Source: an uncultured Candidatus Marinamargulisbacteria bacterium
GTDB lineage: Bacteria; Margulisbacteria; Riflemargulisbacteria; GWF2-35-9
Length of the DNA stretch: 25,734 nt
Reading direction: 5' to 3'
Assembly: GCA_903910705.1 (NCBI GenBank)
Contig: CAIWAN010000025.1
Location: forward strand, 1-25,734
This document shows, piece after piece, positions 8,337-15,438 of this stretch. Each line of letters opens with the position of its first letter. Position 1 is the first letter of the stretch. The notes below the pieces were generated by a model. That model was given only the letters and a program-made list of their open reading frames with translations. It ran no database searches and was not told the origin of the DNA. The position numbers and the translations under genes were made by a program.

Positions 8337-9479
8337 ATGAAGGAAATAACAAGATTTGTTGAGTTGCCCACTCAAAGTTTTTTTCTGTTTGGAGCGAGGG
8401 GAACGGGCAAATCAACGCTTCTTAAACAGCGGTTTCCAGATGCACTGTATATTGATCTGCTTCTTAATTCTGAATACATGAATTATTTAAACGACCCTGA
8501 TCGACTTATTAACCTAATCAAAGCAAATCCTGAAAACAGGGTTGTTATTATTGATGAAATCCAGAGAGTGTCCACACTTTTACCTGTTGTCCATTATTTG
8601 ATGGAGCAAGACAAAAAACGAATCTTTATCCTAACCGGATCAAGTGCAAGAAAATTAAAAAAAGAAGGAACCAACTTACTCGGCGGCCGAGCACGGCTGA
8701 AGCGAATGCACCCCTTTACCGCTTTTGAGTTGGGTAAAATGTTTAACCTAAATGAAGCCCTTTCCCATGGGCTTATCCCTGTCATTCTGAGTTCGGATGA
8801 TCCGGCCGAACAAATGAACGCTTACTTAAACCTTTATCTGAAAGAAGAAATTCAGATGGAAGGATTGACTCGAAATATCGGAAATTTCAGCCGGTTTTTA
8901 GAAGCGATCAGCTTTTCTCATGGGAGCTTACTCAATATAAGTAATATATCTCGAGAATGCTCGGTTGAGCGAAAGGTCGTCGAATCCTATATTGCTATAC
9001 TCGAGGACCTATTGTTAAGTGTTCGTCTGCCCGTTTTCTCCAAACGAGCCAAACGAGTTTTAGCATTGCATCCCAAATTCTATTTTTTTGACACAGGGAT
9101 TTATAAGAATCTTCGCCCAAAAGGGCCTCTCGATGTCCCCGAGGAAGTTGATGGAGCAGGGCTTGAAGGGCTTGTTTATCAAAATCTTATTGCCTACCTC
9201 GACAGCCGTTTGCCCAATCATCAACTCTTTTTCTGGCGAACAAAGTCAGGTCTTGAGATAGATTTCATTCTTTATGGTGAACAAAAATTCATGGCCATAG
9301 AAGTCAAAAATTCGAAGAAAATCCGAACGAGTGATTTGACAGCGTTTACCTCCTTTAAAGAAGACTACCCTGAAGCGGAGTGTATTTGTTTATACCGCGG
9401 ACAGGAAAGGATCTATCAGCAAGATGTTCTTCTCGTACCCGTTGAGGACTTCCTCGTCCACATCGATAAATATCTTTGA
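8337..9479 (+). CDS. COG1373-type AAA+ ATPase (AAA_14 N-domain plus DUF4143 C-domain with a PD-(D/E)xK-like motif)
   Basis: Walker A is 'GARGTGKST' and Walker B is 'VVIIDEIQ'. The C-terminal 'GLEIDFILYGEQKFMAIEVKNSKK' fits a restriction-endonuclease-like D...E-x-K motif. AGGAG lies upstream of the ATG. Confidence 0.85.
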   Translation: MKEITRFVELPTQSFFLFGARGTGKSTLLKQRFPDALYIDLLLNSEYMNYLNDPDRLINLIKANPENRVVIIDEIQRVSTLLPVVHYLMEQDKKRIFILTGSSARKLKKEGTNLLGGRARLKRMHPFTAFELGKMFNLNEALSHGLIPVILSSDDPAEQMNAYLNLYLKEEIQMEGLTRNIGNFSRFLEAISFSHGSLLNISNISRECSVERKVVESYIAILEDLLLSVRLPVFSKRAKRVLALHPKFYFFDTGIYKNLRPKGPLDVPEEVDGAGLEGLVYQNLIAYLDSRLPNHQLFFWRTKSGLEIDFILYGEQKFMAIEVKNSKKIRTSDLTAFTSFKEDYPEAECICLYRGQERIYQQDVLLVPVEDFLVHIDKYL

Positions 9480-9485
9480 ATGTCT

Positions 9486-9503
9486 AACTCCAAAATGGCG
9501 GCG
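9486..9503 (+). repeat. Right copy of the 18-bp perfect direct repeat flanking ATPase gene 1
   Basis: It is identical to 8272-8289 and starts 6 nt after the stop codon. Confidence 0.9.
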
Positions 9504-9590
9504 TCCTTGTGTCACTTCGAGAGCCTCAGTGATCGAACTTCGAGAGGACTTCGACAATGAGGGAATTCTGAAATATTAATCCATGAGCCG

Positions 9591-10367
9591 CTACAACCAT
9601 TTCAACACCGGAAAGCTCTTGCGATAGGCTTCTAAGAAGTCCATATCCACGTATTCCGAAATGACCCCTTCTTTCTCATAACCATTGGCGAGGGTGTCGC
9701 CATAAGGATCAATAATGACGGAATGTCCGAAATAACTGACGTCTTCGTTGACACTGCCGATGCGATTAGCACCAATGACATAAATTTGATTTTCGATGGC
9801 ACGGGTTTTGAGCAGATTGATCCAGTGTTCTTTGCGGGGATGGGGGAATTGGGCGGGGACAAAGAGGATCTTCATGCCTTGACGTACCATGTCCCGAATG
9901 GTTTCGGGGAAACGGATATCAAAACAGATCTGAATGCCGATCGGCGCGTACGAGGTTCGGAAAACAGGGGCCTTGGTGCCCGCAATAAAATGCTGATCTT
10001 CTTGGTTTTGGAAGAAAATATGCATTTTGTCATAATGACCCATCACGCCGCCCTCGGGAGAAATAAGATAGGATCGGTTAACATATTGGTCATTTTGGGT
10101 GCCGGTTTTGAAGGCAACCGAGCCCGCAATAAGGTAAAAGCCATATTTTCGGGCAACGCCCTGAAGATATTTGAGCATCTCCATATTGTGATCGGACATT
10201 TCCGAATAGAGGTCATAATTAAACCCGACTCCAAAGAGTTCGGGCAGCACCACGAAGCGGGAACAACGTCCACCGGCTACGGCAAAGAGCTTCTCAAGAT
10301 GAGTGATATTGGCATAGGGGTCGGCCGTGACATCATATTGGATGATGGAAACCATAAATCGTTTCAT
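9591..10367 (-). CDS. Carbon-nitrogen hydrolase (nitrilase superfamily) protein
   Basis: The E-K-C triad context is present: 'VVLPELF', 'YDKMHIF', 'GIQICFDIRFPE'. I place the start at ATG 10367, which forms an ATGA overlap with the UDG stop. The ORF-track start at 10421 would overlap UDG by 58 nt. Confidence 0.85.
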   Translation of the reverse strand: MKRFMVSIIQYDVTADPYANITHLEKLFAVAGGRCSRFVVLPELFGVGFNYDLYSEMSDHNMEMLKYLQGVARKYGFYLIAGSVAFKTGTQNDQYVNRSYLISPEGGVMGHYDKMHIFFQNQEDQHFIAGTKAPVFRTSYAPIGIQICFDIRFPETIRDMVRQGMKILFVPAQFPHPRKEHWINLLKTRAIENQIYVIGANRIGSVNEDVSYFGHSVIIDPYGDTLANGYEKEGVISEYVDMDFLEAYRKSFPVLKWL

Positions 10368-10990
10368 CGCAGAGAATCTAGCTCCTTTCGTATGGCTTTT
10401 AGGTCTTGCCATGTTAGCCACTTTGGCGAGCCTTCCTTTGGTGAAGGGTTTCGTAACAGATAAGAGGGATGAAAAAGCGTCATCACTCGAACGGGTTGCG
10501 CTTGATAGCTAACGCTTAGATTGTACCACTGACCGCGAATGCGTGTTATCCCTTCGGTTGGATCGAGGATGGTTTTCATGGCGGGCGAGCCGAGCAAGAC
10601 AATGATCTTGGGTTTAACGGCCTCGACTTGACTTACGAGATAGGGCAAGCAAGACCGAATTTCTTTGGGATCAGGGGCTCGGTTCCCTGGGGGACGGCAT
10701 TTAAGCGTATTGCAGATATAGACGTCCGTTGGGCGGTTCAACTCAATGCTTGCAAGCATTTGCGTTAGTAATTTCCCTGCACGACCCACAAAGGGAATGC
10801 CTTGGGCGTCCTCGTCCGCGCCTGGCGCTTCACCGATACATAAAATGTCACAGGGAACGGGCCCCTCAGAAAAGACAACCTTGTTTCGAGTTGCATGAAG
10901 GCCACACTGGGTACAGACGAGCGCTGAATTAACCGCCTCTTGATAGGGAAGTGGGGGTAGCCCTTGGGGTGGGAAATGCGTGTTAGGCAT
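10364..10990 (-). CDS. Family 4 uracil-DNA glycosylase (Fe-S type)
   Basis: 'CIGEAPGADEDAQGIPFVGRAGKLL' is the family-4 motif A. An N-terminal 'CTQCGL' cysteine pair and the C-terminal 'TLFHPSYLLRNP' motif B are present. It overlaps the upstream tmk-like stop by 8 nt. Confidence 0.85.
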   Translation of the reverse strand: MPNTHFPPQGLPPLPYQEAVNSALVCTQCGLHATRNKVVFSEGPVPCDILCIGEAPGADEDAQGIPFVGRAGKLLTQMLASIELNRPTDVYICNTLKCRPPGNRAPDPKEIRSCLPYLVSQVEAVKPKIIVLLGSPAMKTILDPTEGITRIRGQWYNLSVSYQAQPVRVMTLFHPSYLLRNPSPKEGSPKWLTWQDLKAIRKELDSLR

Positions 10991-11633
10991 CCAAAAGCGT
11001 TTCGAGGATGCGCTTCATTTGGGTGAGTTGTTGTTGCATGGGTTTGCTGGCGTCGATGATCGTAAACTCGTTCAATCGAGCGAGGAGATCATATTGTTCA
11101 CCGAGTTTAGTTTGGAAATTGCGTAGGGATTGAACATTGTTGGGGCCAAAGCCGATATCCATGCCACTGTCGTAGTAATCTTTTTCTTTTTCCTCTTGGG
11201 TGAGGCGCTCTAAGGCCATTTCGAGTGGGAGTTTAAAATGGAATACTAAATCGGGTTTGATCGCAAAATCGTACAACATTTCAACCCAGTCTTTATTCTG
11301 TCCGCGTAAATAATCTTTGGCGATCGAGGTGTAGACATATTTATTGAACAAAACAATAAAGCCCGCCTTCAGGGCTGGAACAATTTGACGATGCATTACG
11401 TCACTGAAATCGGCAGCATGAATGAGGCTGTAGGTGATAGGAACGAGGGTGTGGTCGACTTTGGCTTGATTAATCGTCTCGGCAACAAGCATAGATTGCT
11501 TTCGCTTTAGTACCTGAACACCATACCCTTTGATTTCGAGCCAGTTTTTGATGAGATTAAAGCACGTGGACTTTCCGCTGCCATCAAGCCCTTCAGCCAC
11601 GATCAATTTGCCAGGGTAAATGTTTTGTTTCAT
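10983..11633 (-). CDS. Thymidylate-kinase-like P-loop kinase, degenerate paralogue (DRY motif replaced by NKY)
   Basis: P-loop 'AEGLDGSGKST'. It is clearly paralogous to the upstream gene (LIHAADFSD/LLHATDFAD, YYDSGMDI/YYEAGMDM). The position of the Tmk 'DR(Y/H)' motif reads 'FNKY'. There is an ATGA overlap with the upstream gene. Confidence 0.7.
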   Translation of the reverse strand: MKQNIYPGKLIVAEGLDGSGKSTCFNLIKNWLEIKGYGVQVLKRKQSMLVAETINQAKVDHTLVPITYSLIHAADFSDVMHRQIVPALKAGFIVLFNKYVYTSIAKDYLRGQNKDWVEMLYDFAIKPDLVFHFKLPLEMALERLTQEEKEKDYYDSGMDIGFGPNNVQSLRNFQTKLGEQYDLLARLNEFTIIDASKPMQQQLTQMKRILETLLDA

Positions 11634-12361
11634 CCGAGTCTCCGTTTAATAAGCGGCAATATTTTATCGCGGAATTGCTTTTGTTGGACGGGAATCGGGA
11701 GTGTGCCATCAATGACGTCAAAGCCAAACTCAGACACCATGTCGTCGTATTCCGCAATGACCGTGCTTTGAAATTTGACATAACTCTTATTGATATCATT
11801 GGAAAGTTTCATGTCCATGCCGGCTTCGTAATAACTCGGCGCCCGTGTCGTGGATATGCGTTCGAGGCTGATGTCGACGGGAACCTTAAAATAGAAGACC
11901 CCATCGGGTTTGAGGCTAAAGGCATAGAGATTGCGTACCCATTCGCGGGTGCATTGGCGGGCAACGTCTCGAGCAAGGGCGGTAAAGATGTAGCGATCCG
12001 CGAGCACGATCTGCCCGTTTTTGAGAGCGGGAATGATGATCTTGTTGAGGCGGTCTGCAAAGTCGGTCGCATGGAGGAGACTGAAGGTGGTGTTATTGAG
12101 AATGCCTTTTCGTTTTCCTTTTTTGATGATCTGAGAAACGAGAGGCGAGGAATTCCATTCGGTTAGGACGGTTCCATACCCTTCGGATTCAAGCCATTTC
12201 TTGGCCAAACGCAACTGAGTGGACTTCCCCGATCCATCGGTTCCCTCGACGGCAATAAGCACGCCTTTATAGGGATGAGGGGAGTGAAGGTTGCGGCTCG
12301 GGTCGAGAAGTGCTGCCTCTACCGCCTCGGTATTGGGTTTAGCCTTGCGACGAATAATCAT
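11630..12361 (-). CDS. Thymidylate-kinase-like P-loop kinase (DRY retained), N-terminally extended
   Basis: P-loop 'VEGTDGSGKSTQ' and 'LADRYIFTALARD'. I place the start at ATG 12361. The ORF-track TTG at 12397 coincides with the -35 hexamer TTGACT of a promoter. Confidence 0.75.
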   Translation of the reverse strand: MIIRRKAKPNTEAVEAALLDPSRNLHSPHPYKGVLIAVEGTDGSGKSTQLRLAKKWLESEGYGTVLTEWNSSPLVSQIIKKGKRKGILNNTTFSLLHATDFADRLNKIIIPALKNGQIVLADRYIFTALARDVARQCTREWVRNLYAFSLKPDGVFYFKVPVDISLERISTTRAPSYYEAGMDMKLSNDINKSYVKFQSTVIAEYDDMVSEFGFDVIDGTLPIPVQQKQFRDKILPLIKRRLG

Positions 12362-12368
12362 GGTTGGT

Positions 12369-12397
12369 ATACTAGAGGATAAAATAGGGCGAGTCAA
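12369..12397 (-). promoter_or_regulatory. Sigma70-like promoter with leaderless geometry for the tmk-like/UDG/nitrilase operon
   Basis: Minus strand reads TTGACT (12397-12392), 17-nt spacer, TAGTAT (12374-12369), 7 nt, then ATG at 12361. No SD is present. Confidence 0.5.
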
Positions 12398-12419
12398 CGT
12401 CGACGATGAAGGACAAACA

Positions 12420-12812
12420 ATGGTTAGTATTCAGGGCCCCAATCTTAATCAGTTGATCAATCAAGCCGTATACAATGCGATGTCGTCAAAGGCAGCGTCC
12501 ACGACGAACGCGGCAACATCGGAAGTGATCTACAACCTTTTCTTTAAGAATGTAAAAACAAAGTCAGAGTTTAAGAAGAAAATCAAGAAAACCCTCAGTA
12601 AATTAAACCAAGCGCTTCCTGAAGAAGCCCTTGAAGACATTCTCGACTCCTTAGAAATGAAGGATCAACCCCCATTTTGTGCATCTTACACTGAGGAAGG
12701 CGTGAGCGAGCAGTTACATCTTAAGGATAATTTTGCGCGTGCGGACATTTATGATATCCTGCATCACTTTTATAGTAAGCTTTACGACGAAGCGGATAAA
12801 AATATCGGATAA
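12420..12812 (+). CDS. Hypothetical protein
   Basis: GAAGGA lies 8 nt upstream of the ATG at 12420. The ORF-track start at 12291 is antisense inside the tmk-like gene. I recognised no domain, and the protein is lysine-rich in the middle. Confidence 0.4.
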   Translation: MVSIQGPNLNQLINQAVYNAMSSKAASTTNAATSEVIYNLFFKNVKTKSEFKKKIKKTLSKLNQALPEEALEDILDSLEMKDQPPFCASYTEEGVSEQLHLKDNFARADIYDILHHFYSKLYDEADKNIG

Positions 12813-12843
12813 AAACATCGATTCTTTTGTAGCCAAAGTAAAA

Positions 12844-13653
12844 ATGTGGGTGTATAATAACGTTCAGTTAGAAAGCTCCCGATTCCCCCCCCCCCTGTAC
12901 GAACGGGGGCTTTCTAGTAAAACTCCCCTTCTTTCTTTTGATCAGGCAACGATCGGTTATGGTAAACCGCTTATTTCTTCTTTATCTTGGGATATTAACG
13001 AACAGGATGTTTGGATCGTTCTGGGCCCTAACGGGGCAGGCAAATCAACCCTTTCGAATGTGCTCTTGAATGAGGCTGATCTGCTGCAAGGCGAGATTCG
13101 TATGCGTGGCCAGTCTATTCAACACTTGTCACTATTGGAGCGAGTCGAAAATGTAGGGATCGCCCTTCAACAAACACGCCCCGATCTGCCGTTTACGGTT
13201 GAGGAGATCCTTGCCCAAAGCCAAGGGGAAAGGGCCATCGACATCGCGGACATATTGTCTCGATTTGACCTCAACGCCGTTAAGAACCACCCCATCACCC
13301 AGTTAAGTGGTGGACAATGGCAACGAGTGGTTTTAGCCAGTATTGCCGTTCAGAATTCGCCTGTCTGGTGGCTCGATGAACCGTTTACGTGGATGGACCC
13401 TGGCCAGCATGATCGATTGGTCAAACTGTTGTATACCGAATGGAGCCGCCATCACCGAACCTTGGTGATCGTGGCGCATGACTTGACGCCATTTTATGGG
13501 TCGGCGCTTTATGATCAGGCCAAAGTACTCATGATCAAAGACGGACATGTTTATTATCAAGGCTCTTTGTCGGAGGGCTTGCAACATATGGAGGCGGTGT
13601 TTGATCGCTCGTTTGAAAGGATCGCTTGGAATGGCCGAACGGTTGTGGTTTAA
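12844..13653 (+). CDS. ABC transporter ATP-binding protein, FepC/BtuD (iron-siderophore/cobalamin) type
   Basis: Walker A is 'GPNGAGKST', the signature is 'LSGGQWQRV', Walker B is 'WWLDEP', and the H-loop is 'VAHDL'. The start is uncertain (ATG 12844 or GTG 12850), and neither has a good SD. Confidence 0.8.
   Translation: MWVYNNVQLESSRFPPPLYERGLSSKTPLLSFDQATIGYGKPLISSLSWDINEQDVWIVLGPNGAGKSTLSNVLLNEADLLQGEIRMRGQSIQHLSLLERVENVGIALQQTRPDLPFTVEEILAQSQGERAIDIADILSRFDLNAVKNHPITQLSGGQWQRVVLASIAVQNSPVWWLDEPFTWMDPGQHDRLVKLLYTEWSRHHRTLVIVAHDLTPFYGSALYDQAKVLMIKDGHVYYQGSLSEGLQHMEAVFDRSFERIAWNGRTVVV
12885..12895 (+). repeat. Homopolymeric C11 tract inside the 5' end of the ABC ATPase ORF
   Basis: Counted directly: 11 consecutive C, encoding FPPPL. 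It lies in the loop of an 11-bp stem formed by 12871-12881 and 12904-12914. Confidence 0.95.
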
Positions 13654-14569
13654 ACAAGATCGATGGGTGTTGATCGGTCTCCTTCTCGTCTCGGTTGGGG
13701 CGATCGTCCTTGCTATGGGCGTGGGGGCTGTTGATGGAGCCGTGCTGTTGTCTTATCGCTTACCGCGTGTCTTGATGGCGTTTGGGGCGGGGGCGGTTTT
13801 GGCGGGGGCAGGGGTCGTTTTCCAGTCGACACTTAGCAATGAATTGGCCTCGCCGTATACGTTGGGGGTGTCGAGTGCGGCGTCTTTGGGGGCGGTTGTG
13901 ATGATCGTGTTGGGCTTGTCGGACTATCAAGGGGTAGGGGCGATCGGGGCGGCGTTGATCAGCACATGGGGGCTACTGAAGCTTGCGGCCCGATGGCGAC
14001 GGATGGAATCGGGGCAATTGGTGCTACTTGGGACGGCTCAGAACACCGCGTTAATTAGTATCGTCTTGTTCTTGCAATTCCAACTTGATCGAGCCGATGT
14101 GTTGCAGTGGATGCATTGGGTGGTCGGTAGTTTGCAAAATATTGGGTGGACACCCGCGATGGTCTTTGCCGGACTGTCCATTAGTATGGCGGGTCTTTTC
14201 AGAGTTAAGGGGCGAACCTTAGATATCATGAGTTTGGGAGATGCGTGGGCAAAAAGCAAAGGCGTCGACGTAAAGCATGAACGTCGTCGGTTGCTTCTTG
14301 GGGCGAGTATCGCTGTTGCAATCGTGGTGGCCTATGTGGGACCGATCGGATTTATTGGGGTCTTGGTGCCCCAAGCGCTTCGGGCGTGGCGAGGCCCTAA
14401 TCATCAGGGGCTGGGGTTGCAAAGCCTATTGCTTGGCGGGGTGCTCTTGACGTTGGCCGATCTGCTGGCTCGACGGTTGATGTATCCGATCGAGATGCCG
14501 GCGGGGATATTGCTCGCTTTGTTAGGGTCAATCGTGTTTGGATGGATACTGTCTCGGCGACTCCGTTAG
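13631..14569 (+). CDS. FecCD/BtuC-family ABC transporter permease
   Basis: Multi-TM protein. 'NELASPYTLGVSSAASLGAV' matches the conserved FecCD 'NPLA.P..LGVS.GA.LGA' region. The ATG at 13631 overlaps the ATPase gene by 23 nt. Confidence 0.85.
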   Translation: MAERLWFKQDRWVLIGLLLVSVGAIVLAMGVGAVDGAVLLSYRLPRVLMAFGAGAVLAGAGVVFQSTLSNELASPYTLGVSSAASLGAVVMIVLGLSDYQGVGAIGAALISTWGLLKLAARWRRMESGQLVLLGTAQNTALISIVLFLQFQLDRADVLQWMHWVVGSLQNIGWTPAMVFAGLSISMAGLFRVKGRTLDIMSLGDAWAKSKGVDVKHERRRLLLGASIAVAIVVAYVGPIGFIGVLVPQALRAWRGPNHQGLGLQSLLLGGVLLTLADLLARRLMYPIEMPAGILLALLGSIVFGWILSRRLR

Positions 14570-14578
14570 GCCTCTCCT

Positions 14579-14608
14579 TTGACGGATTGAGGTGTCCCTG
14601 TTTACAAT
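14579..14608 (+). promoter_or_regulatory. Sigma70-like promoter with leaderless geometry for the Fis-HTH gene
   Basis: TTGACG (14579-14584), 18-nt spacer, TACAAT (14603-14608), 7 nt, then ATG at 14616. Confidence 0.5.
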
Positions 14609-14615
14609 AGAGGAC

Positions 14616-15305
14616 ATGAGCAAGAAAATTCTTAAAGATATCTTAAAGCTTTATGCCTTGCCGCTCTACGTGGACGAGAAAGAATTCGTCGATAAATTAG
14701 CGAGCTATCTTTATGCACGATATCAACTCAGCCACATTAGTTTGCTTCGCCCAAGCGATCTGGGCTTTGATGCAACCCGATTATCATGGGATCACTTTGT
14801 GGTTCGGACTGACCAAGGCCAAGTCGCCGCCGTATCAGAAGGTACATCGCTGAGTAGTCTTACGATTGCCGATATCTTTTTGCGAATACGGATGGGCGGC
14901 AACCCTGATCGCTATGTGCGGATTGTCATCCCCAAGCTCAATCGACATTTCAAGAAAACAAAGCAACTTTCCCTGTTTATCAAATTCTTTAAAGCGTATT
15001 TAAGCCACCAATTGGATCTGGTGTCCAAGCTTAAGGTGGCCGAGTCTATGCCGGACATTGAACCCGTCAAGGTGGCGCCCATCACGATCCCCGATAAGCC
15101 CCCTGTCGTGCCAACGGAGTACTTGGTGGTTCAACCGACGTTGATGCCTGAAACGATCAAGATGCCGCAAGCCCTCGATAAAGTTGAAAAACAGCTGATC
15201 AAAGAAATGCTCAAACGGGTGGGGGGCGTCAAAATTGCCGCCGCGAAGCAGCTCGGCATCACCGAACGCATGATCGGCTACAAGATGAAGAAGCTAAAAC
15301 TCTAG
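14616..15305 (+). CDS. DNA-binding protein with a C-terminal Fis-type HTH (HTH_8) and an unrecognised N-terminal domain
   Basis: The C-terminal 'EKQLIKEMLKRVGGVKIAAAKQLGITERMIGYKMKKLKL' is a typical Fis/NtrC-type HTH. There is no AAA+ or receiver domain. I prefer the ATG at 14616 over the ORF-track GTG at 14592 because of the promoter geometry. Confidence 0.6.
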   Translation: MSKKILKDILKLYALPLYVDEKEFVDKLASYLYARYQLSHISLLRPSDLGFDATRLSWDHFVVRTDQGQVAAVSEGTSLSSLTIADIFLRIRMGGNPDRYVRIVIPKLNRHFKKTKQLSLFIKFFKAYLSHQLDLVSKLKVAESMPDIEPVKVAPITIPDKPPVVPTEYLVVQPTLMPETIKMPQALDKVEKQLIKEMLKRVGGVKIAAAKQLGITERMIGYKMKKLKL

Positions 15306-15343
15306 ATAATCTGATCGCTTCCCGACCGACCTCACAAAAACGA

Positions 15344-15400
15344 CCTCACCCCAACCCTTGCAGGAAATCTCCCCTAGCCCCTCTTTATAAAAGAGGGGGA
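15344..15400 (+). repeat. Left copy of a 57-bp direct repeat (55/57 identical) flanking ATPase gene 2; contains a 9-bp-stem palindrome
   Basis: CCTCACCCCAACCCTTGCAGGAAATCTCCCCTAGCCCCTCTTTATAAAAGAGGGGGA compared with 16663-16719, with mismatches only at 15348 and 15354. The palindrome CCCCTCTTT-ATA-AAAGAGGGG lies at 15378-15398. Confidence 0.9.
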
Positions 15401-15438
15401 ATCAATGGCGAACATTGTTTTGTTGAGCTGCCTTGGTT

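Noticed and set aside
8184-8375. 63-aa minus-strand ORF spanning the ATPase-1 promoter and start region
   Set aside because: It overlaps the start of a strongly supported gene and the repeat/palindrome region. There is no SD, so it is probably non-coding.
9723-10463. 246-aa plus-strand ORF
   Set aside because: It lies entirely antisense to the well-supported C-N hydrolase gene. Its composition is odd (G/R/N-rich) with no motifs, so it is a shadow ORF.
11675-12166. 163-aa plus-strand ORF
   Set aside because: It is antisense to the tmk-like gene, which has a clear P-loop and paralogy support. There is no SD and no motifs.
12813-12930. Cobalamin riboswitch or Fur box upstream of the FepC/FecCD importer
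   Set aside because: The region is too short, and I could not find a B12-box-like consensus or a Fur-box-like AT-rich palindrome. Only the C11 hairpin is present.
15378-15398. Palindrome in the 57-bp repeat as a Rho-independent terminator
   Set aside because: It has a 9-bp stem and a 3-nt loop, but no U-tract follows on either strand. It is more likely a REP-like or recombination-related structure.
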